A stretch of 43,414 bases of DNA from assembly GCA_043754535.1 (NCBI GenBank), contig JAYUUN010000051.1, positions 1 to 43,414 on the forward strand. The letters are read 5' to 3'. The DNA comes from Chloroflexota bacterium. Its GTDB lineage: Bacteria > Chloroflexota > Chloroflexia > QHBQ01. Made by a program: the position numbers and the translations under genes. Positions 1 to 7,781 of the stretch are shown piece by piece. Below the pieces are notes generated by a model, which saw only the letters and a list, made by a program, of their open reading frames with translations, did no database searches and was not told the origin of the DNA. Positions within the stretch are counted from its first letter, which is position 1. Each line of letters begins with the position of its first letter.

Positions 1-164
1 TCGTTGGTCAAAGTGCTGTCGGTGAAGACCTTGATCGCTAGTACTTCCTCGGTCAGTTCGTTCAATACCTTGTAGACCTGGCTGAAGCCGCCGCGCCCGC
101 GCACATCCTGCACGATATAACCACTGGTGATGATCGCACCCGGTTCGAAGGTAGTCTGCTCCAT
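1..164 (-). CDS. Ser/Thr (Hanks-type) protein kinase, 5' part only (runs off window edge; absent from ORF track)
   Basis: Manual translation from ATG at 164: MEQTTFEPGAIITSGYIVQDVRGRGGFSQVYKVLNELTEEVLAIKVFTDSTLTN, containing the Gly-rich loop GxGGFSxVYK and the AIK catalytic-lysine motif; AGGGAG RBS upstream. Confidence 0.85.
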   Translation of the reverse strand, partial: MEQTTFEPGAIITSGYIVQDVRGRGGFSQVYKVLNELTEEVLAIKVFTDSTLTN

Positions 165-212
165 ATTGCGCCCGCTCCCTTGCAATCAATCCTTGCTACT
201 TTGTCTGGCTGT

Positions 213-241
213 AGTATAACAGAGTGCCTTAGCTGTGACAA
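213..241 (-). promoter_or_regulatory. sigma70-type promoter for the kinase gene
   Basis: Minus strand TTGTCA-17 nt-TATACT with extended TG. Confidence 0.65.
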
Positions 242-269
242 GCAACTCACCAACCAAAGAATCTGTTTT

Positions 270-291
270 GACCTTACCAAGACCTTACCAA
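270..291. repeat. Perfect 11-bp tandem direct repeat (GACCTTACCAA x2), possible operator
   Basis: Seen directly at 270-280 and 281-291, between the divergent promoters. Confidence 0.7.
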
Positions 292-325
292 AGATGAATT
301 TTGCCTGCTAACGCTGCTCATAACG

Positions 326-354
326 TTGTGCCAGCAAGTTAGTTGTGCTATAAT
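326..354 (+). promoter_or_regulatory. sigma70-type promoter for the sigma-factor gene
   Basis: TTGTGC-17 nt-TATAAT with extended TG at 346-347. Confidence 0.6.
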
Positions 355-394
355 CCACCCACACAGTCGGGTGATAGCGAGAGGAGGAGGCACG

Positions 395-2611
395 GTGGCG
401 CAGGCAACCGAACCCATAGGTTTCAGCCGCGAAGCAGCGGCCCAGTTGTGGGCCAGCTTGTTTGCTGATACCGCCCCAGACAACAAGCAGCCGCTCTCTG
501 CCCCCGCGCCAGCCTCCGACCTATGCATAGTACCACCGCCGCTGAGCGTTAGTGACGAGCCATCTACCTCGCCTAAGCCACAGATGCTGGCGGTGGGGTT
601 TGAGGTTGACGAACTGGCCGCCGACTTCGAGATTGACCTGCTCGCCGACGTTGACGAACTGGACTGGCAGCTCACCCCGACCGTTACGCCGCGCAGTACA
701 GCCCATCGCCAGCTGTTCAGCATCCGGCAAGTGCTAGCCTTGTTGCAGCCAGTAATTGCCGAGGGGGAGATGACGTGGGCGCGCCTGATCGGCTGCGTGC
801 GGCTGGTTGGGGCCGATCCCTACAGCGTGGCCCGCATTGCCGCTGAACTGGCCGATGCCGATGTGGGTGTACTGACCGAGTCGCCACGCCAGAGTAGGGG
901 TCGGGGTGGTACACTGCGAGCGAACGAGGATGGCAAGTGCGAACGAGTCGCACGCGAGGCGTTCGCTGGGCTGCGGCAAGTCCCGCTGACGTGGGCGCGG
1001 GTGGCAGCAGCGTTGGGTGAGTTGAGCAGCAAGGTTGCGCCGTCGCTGCGTCCGCGCTTGCTGCAATACTACGCCATGCACCAGCTAGACCGCCGCGAGG
1101 AGGCTGCGCTGTTCACCCGGCTGGACGAACTGCGGGCCGCCCACCCCAACCTTGACCCTGCCCGCGACCCGGATGCGTTGGACGCGGAGGAGACCGAGAC
1201 CGAGGGGGAGCGGCTGCTGCGCTGGCGCAACCTGCCCGCCGTCGCCGCGATCTACCATGCACTGTGCGAAGACAACCTGTGGCTGGTTGCCCGCATTGCG
1301 CTGCCGCTTGCCAACCGACGCATGGGCTTCGACGACCTCTTTCAGGAGGGCTGCATCGGTTTGCTGCGGGCGGTGGACAGGTTCGAACCACAACGTGGCT
1401 TCCGCTTCGTTACCTATGCGGGTAACTGGGTCAATCAGCGCATCCAGCGGGCAATCCAGAACAGCGACAACGTGATCCGGCTGCCAGTTCATGCGCGGGA
1501 TGCTTATGAGCGTGGCAACGATTTGTTTGAGGACAGCGAGGTTGTGGGCCGCCTGCCCAGCCACGACGAACTGGATGCCGCTACTCACTTCAAGAGTTCA
1601 AGCTGGCGGCATCTGCGCAATGTGCGGCGGGTGCTGCCGCTCCACCGTAGCCGGGCGGCGATGCTGGTTGTAGACGACACACCAGGGCCGGAGGAGCTTG
1701 TTATGGGCTGGGTGGTGCGCGACGTGCTGGATCAGTTGATCACCGAACAGGGTGGTACGCGGCAGGAATTGCTACGCCAGCGGCTCCACCTTATCAACCC
1801 ACCCTCGCTGGAAGCGGTCGCCCAGCGGCACGGCATTACCCGCGAACGGGTGCGCCAAATAGCGGACGGCTTCTGTCGTAAGGTGCGCCCTGCGCTTGCC
1901 GTGCAGCTGGACCTGAAGGTGGCGCGCCGTGAGCTTGCTGAGCAGCTGGGCTGGGTGGTGGTGCTTGAGGATGAGCAGCTAGAGATTGCCAAAGCTCGCG
2001 AAGTGGCTTTGACGAAGGCAAAATCTAAGCCTGTCTCGCCACTGCCACCAGCTACGCAGGAGAGTGTAGCAGCCCAACTTGCCCACTACTGGCGTACCAA
2101 CTGGCGTACCAGTGCTGCCGCAGCAATTAACAATTGCCAGGCAGCGATTGAGCAGCCAGCAGCCAGGACACAACCTGTCTCGACACTTAAGCCAGCAGCT
2201 AGCACACAACCAACGCTAGCCGAGGTTGATGGCGGTGATGAAGTGCAGCAGTTTATCAACCAACTGATTGACGCTGCCACAGCCAACGAAGTAGAGCGGG
2301 CCTTGCTGCGTGTGAGGTTCAACTTTGAGCAACCGCTGTCGTCTAAGGCAACCGCCGAACGTATTGGTGTTGGCCGGAATACCATTTTTAAGGCGCATCT
2401 CAAGCTGTTGAAGTATATCTACGACCGGATGAGAGTTACGTTGATTAGTGAACTGAGGGAACACAAGGCACTACTAATCATGACTGTCTGGATGAGAGAG
2501 AGCAGCCACCAGCACAACCGCATAGCAGCGAGCAGCGCAGTACTGGCCCAGCGGGTTGAGGAACTGGCTGCAACAATCAACATCGCGAACGGGGAACAGC
2601 CTGGTACTTGA
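395..2611 (+). CDS. Atypical sigma-70 family RNA polymerase sigma factor with N-terminal extension and second region-4-like HTH
   Basis: Region 2 NLWLV...DDLFQEGCIGLLRAVDRFEPQRGFRFVTYAGNW...IRLPVH; region 4 SLEAVAQRHGITRERVRQI; second HTH-like segment LLRVRFNFEQPLSSKATAERIGVGRNTI; GTG at 395 follows GAGGAGGAGG RBS. Confidence 0.85.
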   Translation: MAQATEPIGFSREAAAQLWASLFADTAPDNKQPLSAPAPASDLCIVPPPLSVSDEPSTSPKPQMLAVGFEVDELAADFEIDLLADVDELDWQLTPTVTPRSTAHRQLFSIRQVLALLQPVIAEGEMTWARLIGCVRLVGADPYSVARIAAELADADVGVLTESPRQSRGRGGTLRANEDGKCERVAREAFAGLRQVPLTWARVAAALGELSSKVAPSLRPRLLQYYAMHQLDRREEAALFTRLDELRAAHPNLDPARDPDALDAEETETEGERLLRWRNLPAVAAIYHALCEDNLWLVARIALPLANRRMGFDDLFQEGCIGLLRAVDRFEPQRGFRFVTYAGNWVNQRIQRAIQNSDNVIRLPVHARDAYERGNDLFEDSEVVGRLPSHDELDAATHFKSSSWRHLRNVRRVLPLHRSRAAMLVVDDTPGPEELVMGWVVRDVLDQLITEQGGTRQELLRQRLHLINPPSLEAVAQRHGITRERVRQIADGFCRKVRPALAVQLDLKVARRELAEQLGWVVVLEDEQLEIAKAREVALTKAKSKPVSPLPPATQESVAAQLAHYWRTNWRTSAAAAINNCQAAIEQPAARTQPVSTLKPAASTQPTLAEVDGGDEVQQFINQLIDAATANEVERALLRVRFNFEQPLSSKATAERIGVGRNTIFKAHLKLLKYIYDRMRVTLISELREHKALLIMTVWMRESSHQHNRIAASSAVLAQRVEELAATINIANGEQPGT

Positions 2612-2897
2612 CTTCTACACCTCGATGACCGTCACGCCCAGCGACATCAACAAGATGACCGCGCTGTTGCAGGAAGCGGGCGAGTAGTAGCAGGCCTTCT
2701 CGTGCGGCCTCACTACGCTGCTGTTCATAACCCCACCACCTTGGGCCGCATCCACGCCACCGAGCAGCCTGCTGGCGATCCGCGAACAACGAGCCATCTA
2801 CAGCATTGACAAGCTGGGCATCCTAATTTTGAATTACAAGTTAGTTAGAAAGAAGCAAGCAAATGGCACTGGAAGGTTTGCAAGCGGTGTTGGATAA
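2601..2897 (+). pseudogene. Remnant of a gene between the sigma factor and the ATPase
   Basis: One frame reads LVLDFYTSMTVTPSDINKMTALLQEAGE**...LLAIREQRAIYSIDKLGILILNYKLVRKKQANG..*, overlaps both neighbours like an operonic gene, has TAG TAG at 2685-2690 and no canonical start at the 5' overlap. Confidence 0.45.
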
Positions 2898-5800
2898 GGA
2901 AGAAGTGCTGGCGACCTTTAAGGTCAGCGATCTTCTTGCGTCGCCAGAGGTGGTTGAGGGCAAGTATAAGGCGCACGTGCGGGGGTATTTGCCGCTCAGT
3001 CGGGCAGCGGGCAGCAGCGATCAGCAGCAAAGCGTGACCGACTACGAGCGCAATCTGATAGCCAAAGTTAGCAGCGGCATAGCCTCAGTCGGCTACATCA
3101 GCGCAGAGTACGGCTATGGCAAGACCAGCACCGCCGCCTACCTCTGGAACCGCTGCCGCGAGGCTAACATCCTCGCCGTGCCGCCGTTTGCTATCGAGCA
3201 ACTGAGCGACCTGATTACCGCCGCCTACGCCTGGGGTCGCTTTGAACTGGGCCGCACCCGCCCGCCCCTCCTGCCGGAACTTGAGCAACTCTACCGCAGC
3301 TACATGGAGCGCAGCATTAGCGACGATGCACGCGGTGACCGCGAGAAGGCCGCCCTCCTAACCGACCTTGAGCGACAGGGCCGCTACACCGCCAAGCTCC
3401 TCACCGCAGACTTCATCCACTTCTTTGAGCAGTACGCCGACTTGATGATCAGCGCGGGCTACAAAGCGGTGGTGTTGTTGCCCGACGAGTTGCAGCAATA
3501 CACTAACCCGACGATCAACAGTGGGGTTAGCGAACCCCTCAGCCCGCTGTTCGAGTTGGTCAACGGCCTCTCAACTCGACACGGCTACCTCAAGAGCGCG
3601 GTCATCTTCATCACCCCAACCAAAGACCTCGCTCTGATCCGCGACAATCGTGGGGACCTTGTAGACCGGATGCAGCAGAGCGGCCTCGGCTTCGACCTCA
3701 ACAACATCTACGATGCCGATTTTGCGCGGCGGCTCTGGCAGCGGCTGGCAGGCGAGTTTAGCTTCCAGTCTGAGGCGCAGGCAATGGTCACGGAGGAGGC
3801 CCTGCGCTCCCTCGGCGAGATCGCCAACCGCCACGACCTCGGCAGCGGCCCGCGCACCGTCGTCAACGGCTTCAAGGCGATCATCAATCGCTACACCCAG
3901 CAGCCCGCTGGCGGCTCGTTCGTCCGCTACAGCCCGATCCACCTGGTAGAAGATTTCCTCAAAGGCACGATCACTTTCAGCGGCGCGGTCAACAAGCTGG
4001 CCGAGGAAGTGGGCAAGGCTCTGCGCCAGCCGGTCGTCAAAGGGCAGCCGCAGTACGAGCGGGCAGTCAAGCTGATCGCCGCCTTTCCCAACGGCGGCGC
4101 AGCCGACGCACTGATTGCCGAGGCGGGGCTAACCGAGGCGGTCGAGACGCTGGTTGAACAACAACTAACGATCCGCCTGGGCGGGCGCGACAGTGACGGC
4201 AAGCTCATCTACGAGGGCATGACCCTGCGCGGCCTCGCTCCCGACCAGGACAAGGCCAACTGGCTGAGTGACACCGCCAACCAGTTCATCCGCCTCACCT
4301 TCCAGCCCAACAGTGACAAGGCGATGGAGCGGGCGGCCAACGCCTGCAAGCGGCTGCTCCGCAAGCGGTTCTTCAAGGATGCAGATTGGAAGGTGATAGA
4401 TGAGGGGCTAGCCAGTGGCAACCGTGATGCCTTCCTGCTACTTGAAGGTGGCTTCGCCCAAACTAGCCGCAGGTATCCCCAGCGTCGCATCTACATAAGG
4501 ATCATCCGCGACGACCACGCCCACCATGCGCTGATTCCGCTGCTCGCCGATCTGACCCTGACTATTGACCTTAGTCGTTACCGCGAACTGAGCGAGAATC
4601 AGCAGTTGGACGAGCCAGGCAGCTTCGAGACCAGCAAACCGCGCAACCTGCGTCTGCGCCTCAACCTCAGCCACCACGACCCGCAACAGATTTATGCGCC
4701 TTTGCGGAACGAGTTGAGGACGGCCATCAGCTCCCGACGCGTCACTCCCCTGCTGCTGCTCAACCTGCACGCTTACATGGATGAGTTGCTGGTGGCCCAC
4801 CAGGTGCCGAAGGCCGACCGCCCCTATGTCGAGAACAACTTTCAAAATGATCTGCTTGATGGTATAGTTAACGATATGTTCGACCCAGAGTTGACCAGCG
4901 GGATTGCGGGCGGCACTCGCGTGATCGAGGACGCTTACCTCAAGGCGATCACTGCGATCTATCCTGACTACCATACCCTGATCGGCAACAGCCAGTTCAA
5001 CAAGGCGATCAAGGAATACCGCACCGCCCTTGCCAAGCTGCCTAGCCCCTATCAGCGGCAGGGCGAGGAGTCGTTCGAGGCGACGAAGGAGGAGACCGCC
5101 GACCTGTTCAACCGCACCAACGTCGGGCTGGACAACTTCATCAGTGACTTCCCACGCCTGATCCAGAAGGAGCGCGACTGGAAGGCGAAGCAGCTCGGCG
5201 TAGTCCGCTTCAGCCTGCACCCCTGGGAGCAGCGCATCATCAAGCTGCTGAGTGACAGCGGTCAGACCGACCCGGCTAGCCGCCCTCCTCGCCTGCGGCT
5301 GACGGAAGTGCAAGAGGATGCTCGGCTACTCGGCTACCGCGAAGATGAGATCGTGCTGCTGCTCGACCTCTTGAACGAACGTGGGCTGGCAGAGAGGCAG
5401 GGCGACTACCTGGTGCAGCGCGAGAACAAGGTGATCGCCCCCCACGAACTGCGCCACCGGCTTGACCTACATCAGAAGCGACTGACACGCCTACGACGCG
5501 CCTTCCCTGATGACGGCCTGCTGACCAACCAGAGTCAACAGGTGCAGATGATAGACAAGGACTTGACCGGACACAACCAGCCGGATGAACGCAAGCTCAA
5601 CCAGTACGAGATGACACTCAAGACTTACGACAAGCAGTTGGCGACGTGGCTAGTCGACCAGCAGAAACAGATGGGCAAAGCCATCAGGCTGCTGAAACCA
5701 CCAACCCTGAACGACCGCGAACTGAAGGGACTGGCGCAGACTTATAACGATCAGCTTGAGCTACCGCTAGAGCCGCTGCGCCAGCAGGCCGCTGCACAGG

Positions 5801-6870
5801 TAGCAGTGTTTGCCGACAAGTTGCGCCACTTGTTCGTCGACTACCAGCAGTTGGAGGCACGCCTGAGCGCAGCCAATACCGACGGGGAGGATTTGGGCGA
5901 CGATGGCCTGCTGACCATGCAAGCGGCTTTGGAGCGGCTGCGGCAGGCTGCTGAGACGAGCCGAAGCGAGGTCGAGCAGGCCCGCAGCCTTGCCCAGCGG
6001 TGGCAGAAGGCCAGCGCGGTGCTGACCGATGCCGTGCAGTTGAAGGCGGAGATCGAGGCTGAGCGCGAACCCGGAGCCGCCCTGCGCCTCTTGGATGAGT
6101 GGCTGCGCAGCGTGCGTGAGCGGCTGAGCGTGGCCCGCTTTGATGCACTGATCGAGGCCGAAGGGACGTGGGGCAACGGGTTGGCACAAGTGCGCGGTGA
6201 GTTGGTGCTGGCCCGCCAGCAAGGGGAGAGACACTTCAAGCAGATACAGAACTCCTACCGCGAGGTACTCAAGCGGGCTGGGCTGCCCGAAGCACAGCAG
6301 CCCAGCATTAGCTTCAACCGGCAAGACCCACCCGCGAGCGTGCAGAGCCTGCTATCAGCGGTGCTGGTTGGCTGGCAAACTCTGGTGGTACCACTGGGCC
6401 TCCAGAGCCAGCAGTTGATCAGCGGGATACAGCAGATGCAGACCGCCACCGATCCCGATATGGAGCGAGCCAGCCGGGAGCAGATGCTGGCGGCCTGTGC
6501 GACGATCAGTCGGCAGCTAACCATCACCCACCAGCAGCTTGTCAGCCTGCTGACCGAGGCCGCCCCAACGATAGGGCTTGGACCAGGGGAGTTTAGCAAA
6601 ATGCTGCCAATCCTACAAGCTGCCCGCCAGCAGCTTGCTGATCTGACAGCGGAAGCGACTACCTTGCGGGCCAGCTTCAGCCACCTCAACCTGACCGACA
6701 GCGAGCGGCGGCTACTCGCCCTGCTGCAGGTCCAAGTCGGTAGCGACGGTACGGTTGACCTCGCTGCCTTGTTGCAAGAGGGCAACACTCAGCAGGTGTG
6801 GGCTGACCTCACCAATCTCTATAACAAGCTGTGCCTGCGGGTGCGCCTTGAGGTGATCGCACATGAATGA
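2863..6870 (+). CDS. Large P-loop ATPase (1335 aa) with C-terminal coiled-coil region; function unknown, defence-like
   Basis: Walker A-like AEYGYGKTST, Walker B VVLLPDE, GSGPR motif; Leu/Gln/Glu/Arg-rich helical C-terminal ~450 aa; long uninterrupted ORF. Confidence 0.8.
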   Translation: MALEGLQAVLDKEEVLATFKVSDLLASPEVVEGKYKAHVRGYLPLSRAAGSSDQQQSVTDYERNLIAKVSSGIASVGYISAEYGYGKTSTAAYLWNRCREANILAVPPFAIEQLSDLITAAYAWGRFELGRTRPPLLPELEQLYRSYMERSISDDARGDREKAALLTDLERQGRYTAKLLTADFIHFFEQYADLMISAGYKAVVLLPDELQQYTNPTINSGVSEPLSPLFELVNGLSTRHGYLKSAVIFITPTKDLALIRDNRGDLVDRMQQSGLGFDLNNIYDADFARRLWQRLAGEFSFQSEAQAMVTEEALRSLGEIANRHDLGSGPRTVVNGFKAIINRYTQQPAGGSFVRYSPIHLVEDFLKGTITFSGAVNKLAEEVGKALRQPVVKGQPQYERAVKLIAAFPNGGAADALIAEAGLTEAVETLVEQQLTIRLGGRDSDGKLIYEGMTLRGLAPDQDKANWLSDTANQFIRLTFQPNSDKAMERAANACKRLLRKRFFKDADWKVIDEGLASGNRDAFLLLEGGFAQTSRRYPQRRIYIRIIRDDHAHHALIPLLADLTLTIDLSRYRELSENQQLDEPGSFETSKPRNLRLRLNLSHHDPQQIYAPLRNELRTAISSRRVTPLLLLNLHAYMDELLVAHQVPKADRPYVENNFQNDLLDGIVNDMFDPELTSGIAGGTRVIEDAYLKAITAIYPDYHTLIGNSQFNKAIKEYRTALAKLPSPYQRQGEESFEATKEETADLFNRTNVGLDNFISDFPRLIQKERDWKAKQLGVVRFSLHPWEQRIIKLLSDSGQTDPASRPPRLRLTEVQEDARLLGYREDEIVLLLDLLNERGLAERQGDYLVQRENKVIAPHELRHRLDLHQKRLTRLRRAFPDDGLLTNQSQQVQMIDKDLTGHNQPDERKLNQYEMTLKTYDKQLATWLVDQQKQMGKAIRLLKPPTLNDRELKGLAQTYNDQLELPLEPLRQQAAAQVAVFADKLRHLFVDYQQLEARLSAANTDGEDLGDDGLLTMQAALERLRQAAETSRSEVEQARSLAQRWQKASAVLTDAVQLKAEIEAEREPGAALRLLDEWLRSVRERLSVARFDALIEAEGTWGNGLAQVRGELVLARQQGERHFKQIQNSYREVLKRAGLPEAQQPSISFNRQDPPASVQSLLSAVLVGWQTLVVPLGLQSQQLISGIQQMQTATDPDMERASREQMLAACATISRQLTITHQQLVSLLTEAAPTIGLGPGEFSKMLPILQAARQQLADLTAEATTLRASFSHLNLTDSERRLLALLQVQVGSDGTVDLAALLQEGNTQQVWADLTNLYNKLCLRVRLEVIAHE

Positions 6871-7069
6871 TCTCAGCCTACAAGTGCATCCAGCCCACGT
6901 CGACGACATCCCTGCCATCAAGCAAATCGCTGAGGCGCACAAGCCGATGCTGGGCTTCGTCTCGCGGGGTGCGCTGAACACGGCCTTGCTGCAAGGCACG
7001 CGGCTCGTCGCGGTGCAGGGAGGGCTAATACTAGTGTACCTTCAAGACTCATCTTTGCGGCACGGGTGA
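6863..7069 (+). pseudogene. Truncated GNAT-like acetyltransferase (N-terminal ~55 aa)
   Basis: Overlaps the ATPase stop (ATGAATGA); VHPAHVDDIPAIKQIAEAH..LGFV..LVAVQGG resembles a GNAT N-terminus but ends before the acetyl-CoA-binding motif A. Confidence 0.55.
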
Positions 7070-7179
7070 GCAACTGGCAATATGTAGTTCTGAAGACAAC
7101 TAGCAAGCGTGTACAGTGCCATCACCAGAACTACTAACCCACACGCTTGATGCTATTGGCGGGGCAAATGCCTCCGCTC

Positions 7180-7523
7180 CTCAGAGCCTGTTAGGGATTA
7201 GCTTGACTAGCTTGTAGTCGAGCTAGCCATCGCAGGCTGACCCGGTTCATCGCTAGCTGTACCATCGTCTCGCTGTTCAGCGGCTTGCGTTCACAGTCCT
7301 TTGCCAGCCGCCGCCACCAGTTCAGCCAGTCGAACGTCCGCTCCACCAGCCACCGCCAGCCCTGCACCACAAACTCTACCTTGTTCAGCGTAGCCGCCTG
7401 CTGCTTCTGGCGGGGACTACATTCCAACAACCAACCACTTGTCATCGCCACCGTATTGGCTAGCTCATGGCTCCAGTTCACCAAACTGGCAGTGGGTAGA
7501 GCCAATCCCTAACAGGCTCTGAG
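7180..7523 (-). mobile_element. Internally deleted IS5-family element (MITE-like) with intact terminal inverted repeats
   Basis: Perfect 20-bp inverted repeat CTCAGAGCCTGTTAGGGATT (7180-7199) / AATCCCTAACAGGCTCTGAG (7504-7523); internal minus frame [23 protein letters not shown] is the IS5 transposase C-terminal motif. Confidence 0.85.
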
Positions 7524-7781
7524 CGATTGAGACAACTTCCCCTGCCTCTTGCACGGGCTGTAGTTCCCCGTTGCAGCGGCGGTCATCGCCACTGAGCGCA
7601 GCGGTCATCCTTATAATTTTGATCCTCATGAGCGAGGATTCATCTTCAATACGGATTGCCCGCTCCTGGCACGACTCCGCTACCAGTCACTAGACTACCA
7701 CGATGTTCGCCAATGTAAGCAAAACATTATGCAGATGGAGGGTGGTAGACAAAAGGGTGAGCCGTTGCCTCTTTGCCGCCC

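Noticed and set aside
326..394. ORF-track start of the sigma gene at 326
   Set aside because: This stretch contains the promoter and RBS; GTG at 395 is the better start. Similar start corrections were made for uvrA, trmH, aroC, secF, mce and others
2088..2111. 12-bp tandem repeat ACTGGCGTACCA x2 in the sigma gene
   Set aside because: Short in-frame duplication in a linker with no evidence of function
4438..5313. 291-aa minus-strand ORF inside the large ATPase
   Set aside because: Antisense shadow with no motif or RBS support
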